A stretch of DNA of 64,000 nt from Elusimicrobiota bacterium (lineage in GTDB: Bacteria > Elusimicrobiota > Elusimicrobia > Elusimicrobiales > UBA9959). Shown here one piece after another: positions 8,123 through 18,366 of this stretch (position 1 is the first letter of the stretch; the number at the start of each line of letters is the position of its first letter). The DNA lies in contig JAAYVG010000034.1 in NCBI GenBank assembly GCA_012517285.1, positions 41,483 through 105,482 on the forward strand, in the 5' to 3' direction. A program made the position numbers and the translations under genes. Below the pieces are notes generated by a model that had not been told where the DNA came from, made no database searches, and was given only the letters and a program-made list of their open reading frames with translations.

Positions 8123-9071
8123 ATTTTTCTATTATATCCTTCGTAATTTTTTCAATATCAAAGTCTTTCTGATTATTTATATCAATTTTTAGCGATGGGT
8201 ATCTGTTGAACCATGTGTTCTGTCTTTTTGCATAGTCCATAGATTGTTTTGTTATTATATCTATTGCATAATCCTTTGTTATGCTTTGAGATATATATTC
8301 TATTATGACAGGATATCCCAGTGATTTTAGTCCAGGACAATCATGGGTATAACCATTTAAAATAAGATTTTTCGTTTCATTGACCCAGTCGTCAAAGACA
8401 TTTTTTGTTCTTTCCTTTATTCTTTTATAAAGAAGGTTTTTATCCCATTTTATAAACACAAAAAAAGCCTTGAAGTAAGATTCCCTTTTGAACGTGTTAT
8501 CTGATATAAGCGATGAGTATGGCTTTGAGGTCATTATTGAAACTTCTATAGCTCTTATAACCCTGTTTATATTATTATAATGAATTTTTTTAGCTGCTAC
8601 CGGGTCTATCTCAATAAGCTTTTCATGAAGTTTTTCCCTGCCATATTTATCAGCATATTCTTTTAATTCAGTCCTTATCTTTTCATTTGCTTGAGGAAGA
8701 GGATCAAGAGGGTTAAATATAGAGTTTATATAAAATCCAGTACCACCACAGATTATAACTTGCTTTGTTTTTATTTTGTTGAGTGTTCCATTAAAATCAT
8801 AAAAATATCTTTGGGCATTATATGTTTCCTTTGGATCAATAAAATCAACAAGATGATATGGTATCATATCTACTATATATACTGGATTTTCGTTGTTAAC
8901 CCATCTTCCCTGGGGTTTTGATGTACCAGCAGAAAGGTGTTTGTATATTTGCCTTGAGTCCGCTGATATAATTTCAGCTCCGATTTTATGGGCGATGCTC
9001 AGTGATATTGCTGTTTTACCGCTCGCATTTGCCCCTGTTATTATAATAGGTTTATTGAAATATTCAAACAT
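8088..9071 (-). CDS. miaA: tRNA dimethylallyltransferase MiaA
   Basis: P-loop GANASGKTAISL and ISADSRQIYKHLSAGTSKP. Overlaps the hflX start by 35 nt. Confidence 0.9.
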   Translation of the reverse strand: MFEYFNKPIIITGANASGKTAISLSIAHKIGAEIISADSRQIYKHLSAGTSKPQGRWVNNENPVYIVDMIPYHLVDFIDPKETYNAQRYFYDFNGTLNKIKTKQVIICGGTGFYINSIFNPLDPLPQANEKIRTELKEYADKYGREKLHEKLIEIDPVAAKKIHYNNINRVIRAIEVSIMTSKPYSSLISDNTFKRESYFKAFFVFIKWDKNLLYKRIKERTKNVFDDWVNETKNLILNGYTHDCPGLKSLGYPVIIEYISQSITKDYAIDIITKQSMDYAKRQNTWFNRYPSLKIDINNQKDFDIEKITKDIIEKYESSCNSSSSC

Positions 9072-9135
9072 TATGTGTCTTTTTTATGGGGGCACTGAAA
9101 AAGCCTATTTGCGCTATAAATTAGCCAATTTTTTA

Positions 9136-9192
9136 AGCCTGCCGAAGCAGTTTCGGCGTAGGCTCTGCTTTCTGACATCTGACCTCTGTTCG
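9136..9192. repeat. GC palindrome copy (degenerate) plus 4 CTGNNNN heptamers
   Basis: AGCCTGCCGAAGCAGTTTCGGCGTAGGCT at 9136-9164, then CTGCTTT CTGACAT CTGACCT CTGTTCG at 9165-9192. Confidence 0.75.
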
Positions 9193-9282
9193 CTATTTCG
9201 ATGGGAATTTGTCGTTTTCTTCTTAACCTCAATCTTAATCTTAACCTTTTTTATTGTTCTAAATCTCCACCGTTAGGCTTTT

Positions 9283-9753
9283 TTAGTGCCCACTAAAATA
9301 CTCCTCACATTTTTGAGGCTTGTTGCAGAGCATATTTGCTTTGCATTTTTCTGTGCAGGCATCAGGAAGTTTTAGAGAAATCCTTATATCGCAGTCAATA
9401 TAATCAAGAGCCATATTATTTATTTTTGATGCACTTTCCTTAGATATATCTGTAAAAGAGATTCCCACCATATAAACCTCTCCCTTTTGTTTTATCCATG
9501 CTATCCTTCCCTTTACAGGTATTCGAGTCTTTTCAAGGTTTAAAACCATATTTATTTCTCTTATATGTGGAGGTTCTAAAAATGTTATAAGTCTCATACC
9601 TCCAGCAGATAGATCCGATAGTATGGCTGGCTGCGATATGTCCTTACCATTTTTATCTTGGCCATAAAATTCTATTTCAACAGGTTCAAGTATTCCATGA
9701 AGCATTGGAAGTCTCGGATGTTTTCTTCTTTCCGTCTGGTTTTTTTTATTCAT
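9283..9753 (-). CDS. PilZ-domain protein with Cys-rich C-terminal tail
   Basis: RRKHPRLPM (RxxxR) and DLSAGGMRL (D/NxSxxG) are the PilZ c-di-GMP binding motifs. The tail has six Cys residues: CDIRISLKLPDACTEKCKANMLCNKPQKC. Confidence 0.75.
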   Translation of the reverse strand: MNKKNQTERRKHPRLPMLHGILEPVEIEFYGQDKNGKDISQPAILSDLSAGGMRLITFLEPPHIREINMVLNLEKTRIPVKGRIAWIKQKGEVYMVGISFTDISKESASKINNMALDYIDCDIRISLKLPDACTEKCKANMLCNKPQKCEEYFSGH

Positions 9754-11026
9754 ACACTCTCCCGTAAAGCATATTTTTTTCAGTTTTTTCTATTTTAACC
9801 TTAAAAAAATTCTTATCATAATCTTTTTTAAAGTTCCTTTTTGCATTATCTTGAACTTCACTATTTATTATACAACAATTAAAGCCTGTATTTGTCCTAC
9901 CATAATTTTTTTCATAAAGTAGAAAATCATCAAGATCTCCAACCTTTTTCTTTATGATATCTTTTGCTATTTCCTTAATCTCTTTAAGAATTAGTGCATG
10001 CCTCTTTTTTAGCTCTAAGTATGATATGGTCAAAGGATCAATCCCCTTAAATCTTGGAGAATATTTAAAGCAGTAAACCATGGAAAATCTTAATCTTCTT
10101 ACTGCATCGAGAGTCATATTAAAATCATCCTCATCCTCACCACTGTACCCTACTATAACATCACTTGTTATTGATGTCTTTTTATCAATTTTTCTTAGTT
10201 CATCTATTATTTCCTCAAATCTTTTCAGATCATATCCACGTCTCATCTTTTTAAGCATTTTATCAGAACCACTCTGAAGCGGGATATGAAGCCATCTGGA
10301 TATTTTTAGATTTCTTCTGTATTCATCAAAAAATTTTTTATTAAAAAATGATGGATGAGGACTCATAAATCTTATTATTTTTATCTCCTCAATCTCTGAA
10401 ATTGCTTTGATAAGATCTGTAAAATCATAATTTTTTACTGGATCCCTGTATGAGTTTACAGTCTGTCCCAGAAGAATAATCTCCCTCAAACCATTTTTAG
10501 CTTTTGTTCTTATATCATCAATAATTTTATGAAACTCCACTGATTTTTCTTTTCCACGAACCTCAGGAACTATACAGTATGAGCATCTCAAATTGCATCC
10601 TCTTGTTATGGTATAATAATCCCATACCCTCTGTTCCATATTATCATAGTTTTCTATAAACTTTATATCAGATATATCTTTATAAAATAAATCCTTGATT
10701 TTTGAATAATTTTTTACTCCGATGACCCTGTCTATGTATGGAAATTTTTTTTTAAGGTTGTTTCCAAGCCTTTGAGCAGCACATCCTATTACATAAAGTT
10801 TTTTTTCACTACCCTTTGTCTTCCAGTTATTTAGGGTTCCAATCATGCTTATAAGCTTGTCCTCAGCATGCTGCCTTACCGTGCATGTGTTTATAATAAT
10901 AATATCTGCTTCTTTAGTGTCTTCTGTTGATTCAAACCCCATTTTTTTAAAAAAAGTCATTATTAAGTTTGAGTCATCCTCATTCATCTGACAGCCGTAT
11001 GTTATTATCGATATTTTCCTATTCAT
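9746..11026 (-). CDS. miaB: Radical-SAM tRNA methylthiotransferase (MiaB family)
   Basis: N-terminal MTTase cysteines (YGCQMN, NTCTVR, GCAAQ), radical SAM CNLRCSYC and a C-terminal TRAM-like region. Confidence 0.85.
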   Translation of the reverse strand: MNRKISIITYGCQMNEDDSNLIMTFFKKMGFESTEDTKEADIIIINTCTVRQHAEDKLISMIGTLNNWKTKGSEKKLYVIGCAAQRLGNNLKKKFPYIDRVIGVKNYSKIKDLFYKDISDIKFIENYDNMEQRVWDYYTITRGCNLRCSYCIVPEVRGKEKSVEFHKIIDDIRTKAKNGLREIILLGQTVNSYRDPVKNYDFTDLIKAISEIEEIKIIRFMSPHPSFFNKKFFDEYRRNLKISRWLHIPLQSGSDKMLKKMRRGYDLKRFEEIIDELRKIDKKTSITSDVIVGYSGEDEDDFNMTLDAVRRLRFSMVYCFKYSPRFKGIDPLTISYLELKKRHALILKEIKEIAKDIIKKKVGDLDDFLLYEKNYGRTNTGFNCCIINSEVQDNAKRNFKKDYDKNFFKVKIEKTEKNMLYGRVYE

Positions 11027-12039
11027 TTTATTTTTTGGATATGTCGTCTCGTATAATCTATTGTCTTTTTGGCTATTTTTACAGCTTCAAGAGGATATTT
11101 GCCAACAGCAGTTTCAGCTGAAAACATAACGCAGTTCGCATCATCAATGACAGCATTTGCCATATCGCTTATTTCAGCCCTCGTTGGACGATAGTTTTCT
11201 ACCATAGATTCAAATATCTGGGTGGCAACGATTGAAAATTTCTTATATTTTTTTGCTTCTACTATCAGTTTTTTTTGCATAACAGGAACCATATAAAGAG
11301 GTATTGATATGCCTAAGTCACCCCTTGCAACCATTATGCCATCGGAGTGTTTTGTTATGGATGAAATATTTCTAAGTGCCTGCCTGTTTTCTATCTTTGA
11401 TATTATTCTTGAAGTTATTTTTTTTTGATTTAATACTTTTTTCATCTCAATTATATCCCTGTGTGTTCTTACAAATGAGAGAGCTATATAATCAAATCTG
11501 TTTTCTGATATATATTCAATATCGTTTAGATCGTCTTCGTTTACGTATGGAAAGTAAAGGTTTGAATCTGGGATATTTATTCCCTTGTTGTTTTTTAAAA
11601 CCCCACCTCTTTTAACAATAGCCTTTATATAATCCTCTGATACACTTAAAACCTCTAACTCAATATTGCCATCATCTATGAATATTTTATGACCTTTCTT
11701 GATTGGTTTAAGCTCGTATTTATAATCAAAGCTTATGTTTTTTTCGGTTGTTCTTATATTTTCTTTTGTCAGATTAATAATATCATTGTTTTTAATATCA
11801 AATGGTTTCTCAATATTTCGGATTCTTATTCTATTTCCCTTTAAGTCTGCAATAGTTTCTATTTTGTATCCCTTCTTTTTAAGATCTTTGATATATCCAA
11901 GTGCTCTATCAAAAAGATTTAGATCTGCGTGAGAGAAGTTAAATCTTATCATTCCAACACCATTATCAGATATATCTCTGATCATATTATAATCTGATAT
12001 GGAAGGTCCGTATGTCGCTATTATATTTACATTGTTCAT
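11023..12039 (-). CDS. pyk: Pyruvate kinase, short form lacking the C-terminal domain
   Basis: IIATYGPS...IRFNFSH, MVARGDLGISIP and SAETAVGKYP. The ORF ends after the A-domain at 338 aa. Confidence 0.8.
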   Translation of the reverse strand: MNNVNIIATYGPSISDYNMIRDISDNGVGMIRFNFSHADLNLFDRALGYIKDLKKKGYKIETIADLKGNRIRIRNIEKPFDIKNNDIINLTKENIRTTEKNISFDYKYELKPIKKGHKIFIDDGNIELEVLSVSEDYIKAIVKRGGVLKNNKGINIPDSNLYFPYVNEDDLNDIEYISENRFDYIALSFVRTHRDIIEMKKVLNQKKITSRIISKIENRQALRNISSITKHSDGIMVARGDLGISIPLYMVPVMQKKLIVEAKKYKKFSIVATQIFESMVENYRPTRAEISDMANAVIDDANCVMFSAETAVGKYPLEAVKIAKKTIDYTRRHIQKIK

Positions 12040-12174
12040 AAATTAATTTTTTTGTAAAAACAACTTTCCAAACATAAAGAGTTTGTTAATAAAAATAAAT
12101 ACAAAAAAACACCCTCTTTAACCAATAATTAATCAATTAAAGATTTCAGTCAGTTCACAGATATGTTATCTTTT

Positions 12175-15100
12175 TTACACAACCTTACATCTTCTTCTTT
12201 TGGAGATCAAAAAGCTTCCATCAGCTCTGTGCATTTTTGCTATTATCTCGTGTGTTCCCGGTGTGATGTTATTCCAGTCATACCACCAGTAACCAACTGA
12301 GTTCCTTGCTGGTTGCCATGGACCATTGTCTATTGAGATCTCAACTGCTTTAGCATCCATTGCCCCCATTCTTATAGTATAATGCCTCGATGTTATTGTT
12401 TCTCCATGCTTTGGATAGTCTATTATGACATAACCATTATCAACTGACTGCTTTGTGTTTTTCTTTACTGCTGTCTTTGGCATAATTCCCTCCTCTGATT
12501 CATTTCCTAAAAGATTCTCTAACTTTTTGTTAATGCTGAAAAGTTTGTTTTTACAGTCTTCTCCTTCTATATGTATCATAACAACCTTTCTTTTCCTTTC
12601 CTTCAAAGCTAAAAAATCACCCTTGGCTTGGGATATACATAGCTTTCCAAAGGTATATTTCTCCCCAGCTATCTTTATATCTTTTTTAGGTTTAGTTGTC
12701 AATATTACAAATATTCCATTGTTAGCCCCACCTTTAAAAAGCTGGCCTGTAGAGTGAAGATATCTTGGTCCATAGTTATAAATGCATGCACTTTGTGTCG
12801 CTCTGGTTATTAAGTGTGATAGGTTTTCAAGGATGGTTTCTACTCTATCGCTGTTTTCCAGATATGCACATATTGAATAATAGGTACCCTCTTGTTTCTG
12901 ATTGAAAAGCTCTATAAAAAGCTGTTCATAGTTTTTTACTTCATCCTTAAACTCAATGTTTGCTAAATAAAGTTTACAGGTTTTTGAATGATTGATTGGT
13001 TTGATATCAAAGTTATCCTTTTCTAAAAGCTTTTTAGCAAGCTGCTTTGAACTTTCAACATCAGGCTGATTGAAAGGGTTTATTTTCATAAAATAACCAG
13101 ATATGGATGTTGCTATCTCCCATCTATAAAACTCCTTTCCTATTTCATAGAGATCGTTTATATATATTTTTAAAACAGGAAAGCCTGAGGATATAAGGTT
13201 ATTGGCCATAGCTTCAGTGTTTTGATCTATGAAATTCTTTATCTGATATATCACAAACATTCTGTCCTTGTCATAATTGTCAGTTGACAAGATCTTAGTG
13301 GTTGTGATAGGAACAATTCCCTTATTTTCTTTGCCTGTGGATTCTGCTATAAGCTGTTCTATCCATAAACCAAACTTTTTCATTTTCTCAGGCAGTATTA
13401 TTGTTAACTTATCTTTTGCGCCTAAATAATTTTTGGATATAAAGCTTCCGAGCACAGTTGCAGCATTTCTTTCAGAGGTCAATATCTCATCCATAGCATC
13501 CTTTGAACTGCTTGCCAGCTTTTTTATATCACAGCCACAGAGTGACGCTGGAATAAGCCCAAAGTACGAAAGAGCTGAAAACCTTCCACCTATATCTCCC
13601 TGATTTATAAATATTTTTTTAAAGCTGTATTTTTTAGCCAGAGATTCAAGCGATGTGCCCTTATCTGTTATCGCTATAAAATTATCTCCTGGTTTCTTTG
13701 TTTTTTTCTTAAGCTCTGAGTAAAAATACTTAAACTGAGAGTTTGGTTCTATTGTTCCTCCTGATTTGCTTGAAAATATGAATAAAGTTTTTTTGATATC
13801 TATTTCTTTTTTTACATTTGATATCCACTCAGGGTTTGTCGAATCAAGGACATAAAGCTTTAAAAATTTGTCCTTTTGAAATATGCTTCTTATAACCTCT
13901 GGAGCAAGGCTTGAGCCACCCATACCCATAAGGACAGCATATTTATATTTATTTTCGCTGAGAATTTTACTGGTAAAATCTTCTACTTCTTTTATAGTTT
14001 TAACATGCTCCTGTGGCAGGGTTAACCATCCTAATGAATTTTTTATTATTTTAGTATTTTCTGGATCATTTTTCCAAAGTGTTGCATCATTTTTATATAA
14101 TCTTTTAATAAAATTTACGTCCGAGAGCTCTTTTATCTCATTGTTTATATCAGAATTATATACCTTTATAACTGCTTCTTCACTGTTTAGATTCTTAGAT
14201 TTTTCATTTATTGCCTTAAGTATGTTGTTATAAGAGATTAAAAATTTGTATATCCCATCGTTTAAAAGCTTCCTCATAATCAGGTTGTAATCCACCCCCA
14301 AAGAAATTATAAACTTGATAATTTCCTCGGCATTGGATATTCTTTCATCAATAGGTTTTTTGTTTATTGTTCCATGATCAAAAAAAGAATAAAGTGTGTT
14401 CTGTGGCACTGTGTTTATTGTATCTTTTAAACAGAGTTCATCAATGTAGAGTGTGTCCTTGTAATTAGGGTTTTTTGTGCTTGTTGATGCCCATAAGAGC
14501 TTTTGAATCTTAAAACCTCGTTTTGATAGCCTGATAAAATTTTCATCTGAAAATATTTTAAGATATTTAGAATAGGCTATGAGTGAGTTAGATATGGCTG
14601 CCTTTCCTTTGTATGAAAGTATCTTTTTTTGAGTATCAGGATTTTTTTCCTTTGATGCTATTATGTCAAGTTGATTATCAACCTCAGTATCTATTCTCGA
14701 TACAAAGAAGCTTGCAACAGAAAACACATTTGTATCAAGATCATTTTTATATCTGAAATCTATAGCATTTAGATATGCATTTAAAACACGTTCATAGACC
14801 TCTGTTGAAAAAATGAGGGTCATGTTCAAATTTATTCCTTCTTTTATCAGCTCTTCTTCAGCAAGTATTCCATCGTCTGTCGCTGGAATTTTTATCATAA
14901 CATTTGATCTACCAACTCTAGTGTATAGATCCCTCGCCCATTTTATTATCTCATCCTTTTTTTCAATTGTTGGTGGTATCTCAATGCTAACATATCCATC
15001 ATTACCGTTAGTTTTTTTGTATATATCGCTGAAAAGATCGCAGGCTCTTTGAATATCCTCTACCATAAGTGAATAAGCAATCCTATCAATAGGTAGTGAG

Positions 15101-15321
15101 TTCTTTAATAAAACTCTCAAGCTTTCATCGTAGCTTTTTGATCCTGTTATCGCCTGTTCAAATATGCTCGGATTGGATGTTAGTCCTGTTATGTTATAGT
15201 TTTTTATTAGATTTGAAAGAGTACCATTTAAAAACATATCTCTCTGGATATTGTCAAGCCAAAGACTCTGCCCTGATTTTATAAAGTCATCCTGAATTTT
15301 TAGCTGTTGTTCTATATTCAT
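12175..15321 (-). CDS. Bifunctional transaldolase / glucose-6-phosphate isomerase with an extra C-terminal Ig-like domain
   Basis: Transaldolase part: SLWLDNIQR, LTSNPSIF, MIKIPAT. PGI part: GMGGSSLAPEV with a SIS-type core. The last ~90 aa form a beta-rich module (YVIIDYPKHGETI...VEISIDNGPWQPA...GYWWYDW). Confidence 0.85.
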   Translation of the reverse strand: MNIEQQLKIQDDFIKSGQSLWLDNIQRDMFLNGTLSNLIKNYNITGLTSNPSIFEQAITGSKSYDESLRVLLKNSLPIDRIAYSLMVEDIQRACDLFSDIYKKTNGNDGYVSIEIPPTIEKKDEIIKWARDLYTRVGRSNVMIKIPATDDGILAEEELIKEGINLNMTLIFSTEVYERVLNAYLNAIDFRYKNDLDTNVFSVASFFVSRIDTEVDNQLDIIASKEKNPDTQKKILSYKGKAAISNSLIAYSKYLKIFSDENFIRLSKRGFKIQKLLWASTSTKNPNYKDTLYIDELCLKDTINTVPQNTLYSFFDHGTINKKPIDERISNAEEIIKFIISLGVDYNLIMRKLLNDGIYKFLISYNNILKAINEKSKNLNSEEAVIKVYNSDINNEIKELSDVNFIKRLYKNDATLWKNDPENTKIIKNSLGWLTLPQEHVKTIKEVEDFTSKILSENKYKYAVLMGMGGSSLAPEVIRSIFQKDKFLKLYVLDSTNPEWISNVKKEIDIKKTLFIFSSKSGGTIEPNSQFKYFYSELKKKTKKPGDNFIAITDKGTSLESLAKKYSFKKIFINQGDIGGRFSALSYFGLIPASLCGCDIKKLASSSKDAMDEILTSERNAATVLGSFISKNYLGAKDKLTIILPEKMKKFGLWIEQLIAESTGKENKGIVPITTTKILSTDNYDKDRMFVIYQIKNFIDQNTEAMANNLISSGFPVLKIYINDLYEIGKEFYRWEIATSISGYFMKINPFNQPDVESSKQLAKKLLEKDNFDIKPINHSKTCKLYLANIEFKDEVKNYEQLFIELFNQKQEGTYYSICAYLENSDRVETILENLSHLITRATQSACIYNYGPRYLHSTGQLFKGGANNGIFVILTTKPKKDIKIAGEKYTFGKLCISQAKGDFLALKERKRKVVMIHIEGEDCKNKLFSINKKLENLLGNESEEGIMPKTAVKKNTKQSVDNGYVIIDYPKHGETITSRHYTIRMGAMDAKAVEISIDNGPWQPARNSVGYWWYDWNNITPGTHEIIAKMHRADGSFLISKRRRCKVV

Positions 15322-15767
15322 AACCTCTCCTCAATCTTTTTTATTTTATTAAGCCTTCTTATATGTCTTTCCTCGTTTGAAAACTTTGCATTTAAGAAGG
15401 ATACGACTATCTCTTTGGCAAGTTCTTCACCAACTATTCTTGAGCCAAGGCAGAGAACATTCATATCGTCATGCTCTACTCCCTGATGAGCAGAGTATGT
15501 ATCATGACACACACCTGCGCGTATTCCCTTTATCTTGTTTGCTGCTATCGAAGCACCAATACCGCTTCCACATATAATTATACCTCTTATAGCATCAGAA
15601 TTTAATATTTTTTCAGATACTTTTTGAGCAAAATCGGGATAGTCCACGCTTATATCACTTCTGTCTGTTCCAACATCTATGGTTTCTATTTTTTTATCAG
15701 TCAAAAATTTTATAATAGTCTTTTTTAATTCATATCCTGCATGATCACTTCCTATTGCTACCTTCAT
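15318..15767 (-). CDS. rpiB: Ribose-5-phosphate isomerase B
   Basis: MKVAIGSDHAGYELK and ICGSGIGASIAANK. 4-nt overlap with the tal-pgi start. Confidence 0.9.
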   Translation of the reverse strand: MKVAIGSDHAGYELKKTIIKFLTDKKIETIDVGTDRSDISVDYPDFAQKVSEKILNSDAIRGIIICGSGIGASIAANKIKGIRAGVCHDTYSAHQGVEHDDMNVLCLGSRIVGEELAKEIVVSFLNAKFSNEERHIRRLNKIKKIEERL

Positions 15768-15778
15768 CTTACCTCCGT

Positions 15779-16492
15779 TTATATTTTTACAATAGTATTT
15801 TTTTCAACCCATCCCTTTATGTTATCCTTTGGAACCCCGACCTCAAGATAATTCTCATCATCAGATATTACTTTAATAATTTTTCCTTTGGGTATAATAG
15901 CAAGACTGTTGAATGTCTTGTCAGGCCCACTGTAAAGTTCAGTTTCATATATGGTTACCGCAATATTTGATAAATATGAATTTTTTCTCATTATGTAGAA
16001 AATAAAAAAAATACCAAAAATTAAAACTGATAATATTATATAACCATGCAGTTTGTCATCCTTTTTGTGAGTATTAATTATTATCAGCAGGACTAATAGA
16101 AAGAAAAAAAGCTCAGATATAGTCTTTAGCTCTAAATCACTGAAAAAATAATAAATTCTGTAAAGAAACTGTGGAATATCTTCAGAAAATATAGTTTCTC
16201 CATTTTGTTTCGCAACAGTTATAAGATTTTCTCTTATGTTCTTATCCCTCGGTTTCAAATTAAATGCTTTAAGATAATAGATCATAGCATTAGTTTTGTC
16301 ATTAAGCTTGTAATAACAGTTTGCCATATTGTAGAGTATATACGGATTGGTGTCATCATTAATGTTTTTATATATTTCAAGTGCTTTATCATAGTTCTGA
16401 GCCTTATAATATGATGAGGCATCATCATTAACTGATGCATTCAACTGAGGAATCATATAAAATATTAATAAAAAAATAGTAATCTTTTTCAC
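15779..16492 (-). CDS. batE: BatE-like TPR / SH3-domain membrane protein
   Basis: Signal peptide, TPR motifs, two TM helices and a C-terminal SH3b-like segment. Last gene of the Bat-type operon. Confidence 0.6.
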   Translation of the reverse strand: MKKITIFLLIFYMIPQLNASVNDDASSYYKAQNYDKALEIYKNINDDTNPYILYNMANCYYKLNDKTNAMIYYLKAFNLKPRDKNIRENLITVAKQNGETIFSEDIPQFLYRIYYFFSDLELKTISELFFFLLVLLIIINTHKKDDKLHGYIILSVLIFGIFFIFYIMRKNSYLSNIAVTIYETELYSGPDKTFNSLAIIPKGKIIKVISDDENYLEVGVPKDNIKGWVEKNTIVKI

Positions 16493-18366
16493 TTCAAAAA
16501 CTCCTTTTCTGCTTTTTCTGCAGCATCAATTATACTTTTAATAAGAGTATCAAAATCATTCTTCTCAATCTTTGATGATGTATAGTTTAAAAACTCTATT
16601 CTTTCTATTATTACTTTAAACTCCTTTATTAGTTCATCAGAAAACGATGGTTTTATTACTTTGATAGTATTTGCTATCTTTTCAAATGGTAAGTGTGCGA
16701 TGTTTTGTTTCAATTTCCTTGATATATAATCATATATAGAGTCGTACAACAATGATAGAGCAGTCCTGCTGTTTGAAGGAAACTCCTTTTCTGCTTTTTT
16801 TATGCTTTCTTTTAGTATGTTTATAGCCTTTTTATAATTATAATCCACAGGATTATCTTCTATTTTTTTCCTTCTGATAACAATTATATAATTCACAATC
16901 AAGGCAAGGATTAAGAACAGATTAAACGGTAAGTAAATTTTTTCAAGCTTATTCAGGAATGATATTAGAAAATTATTCCCTATTTTATCATATATATAGT
17001 TTATATCAGTATCCTTCTGCTTTATGTTGTTCTGTGGAAGTGTTTTATCAAAGTCATATGTTTTTCCACCATCCTTTGCCTTTAAGACAGTTATCCTTAT
17101 TGGATTTGTTGTTATTGTCTCATATTTCTTTGTATCTATATTAAAAAATGTCATCTTAATACTATCTATTGTTATGTTACCTTCTTTGAGTGGTGTTATT
17201 ATGTATGTAAACTTTTTTGTTCCACCTATTACATCCTTGTTCTTTGATATACTTTGAGAACTAAGTATATCATAGACCTTAAAATCTGGTGAGTTTAATG
17301 TTGGCGCATTTATTGAGTTGACATTGCCCTTTCCTGTAACTTCAACTGTGAGGTTTAGTGGGTCTCCCATATTTACAGTCTGGTTGTCCACTTTAGCTGT
17401 TATAAAAAAATTACCAACCGCATTTGTAAAGTCTGAAGGTGGTGGAGGGAGTGATTTTATATCAAGAGTTAATGGCTTTGTTTGAAGTCTTATTTCTTTT
17501 GTTCTTGCTGTCGATGAAAAAAACTTCTGTATGAAGTTAGGATCAAATGGATCTAATGCCACATCATCCTCTTCCTGAGTATAGGCTATTATTGTAGCTG
17601 GTGATATCGTAGCCTTACCGCTCATTATCCCAAAGAGTGCAGTTTTTATTTCGGCATAATAATATCTTATTCCATTTATTATCTCAGTCCCTGTTTTGAC
17701 AGGTGGAAGATCATCTGATATAAGGTTTGTATATGATGGAGGAATATACTGTGGATTTGATGATATTGGCATAGCGGTATAAAATTTTATTATAAGATTT
17801 ATCTGTTCACCAACATACGCTGATTTTTTGTCAGTTTCAGCTGTAACAAATATCAACTCATCTCTGGATATGCTTCTATTGGTTTGCTTCTGAGACTGAT
17901 TCTTAGCACGTTGGTTTGGTTGCTGGTTTGATATATTTGGAGCAGTTACATCTATGGTTATCTCTTTTGTCCAGTATTTATCACTTCCAACTGAAACCCC
18001 TATCCTCGGTATCGTAAATCTTCCTGTTCTTCTTGGTGTAAGTGTGTATATAAACTCTACGGATGAATTTATATGACCGTTTATTATTGAGATATTACTG
18101 CTTTTACCAGATGAATAAACATTAAAATCTGATAGTGAACTTAAATCTGGTATTGCATCTGATGCATTATCTCCGCTCACAGATATGCTCAAGTTAAAAC
18201 TTTCATTTATTGGTATCTGTGTTCTGTCAACAGTGGCAACAACCATGGTCTCGGCTGATGCTAGAATATGAAACAAGAGAAATAAAAAAGACAAAAAAAT
18301 TATTTTATTTTTAACTAAAAAGAGATTTTTTATTTTACCAATCATATTCATTCTTATAACCCCCAT
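16489..18366 (-). CDS. batD: BatD-like large exported protein
   Basis: N-terminal signal/TM, beta-rich repeats and a C-terminal TM (LFLILALIVNYIIVI). Sits between the BatC-like and BatE-like genes. Confidence 0.6.
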   Translation of the reverse strand: MGVIRMNMIGKIKNLFLVKNKIIFLSFLFLLFHILASAETMVVATVDRTQIPINESFNLSISVSGDNASDAIPDLSSLSDFNVYSSGKSSNISIINGHINSSVEFIYTLTPRRTGRFTIPRIGVSVGSDKYWTKEITIDVTAPNISNQQPNQRAKNQSQKQTNRSISRDELIFVTAETDKKSAYVGEQINLIIKFYTAMPISSNPQYIPPSYTNLISDDLPPVKTGTEIINGIRYYYAEIKTALFGIMSGKATISPATIIAYTQEEDDVALDPFDPNFIQKFFSSTARTKEIRLQTKPLTLDIKSLPPPPSDFTNAVGNFFITAKVDNQTVNMGDPLNLTVEVTGKGNVNSINAPTLNSPDFKVYDILSSQSISKNKDVIGGTKKFTYIITPLKEGNITIDSIKMTFFNIDTKKYETITTNPIRITVLKAKDGGKTYDFDKTLPQNNIKQKDTDINYIYDKIGNNFLISFLNKLEKIYLPFNLFLILALIVNYIIVIRRKKIEDNPVDYNYKKAINILKESIKKAEKEFPSNSRTALSLLYDSIYDYISRKLKQNIAHLPFEKIANTIKVIKPSFSDELIKEFKVIIERIEFLNYTSSKIEKNDFDTLIKSIIDAAEKAEKEFLK

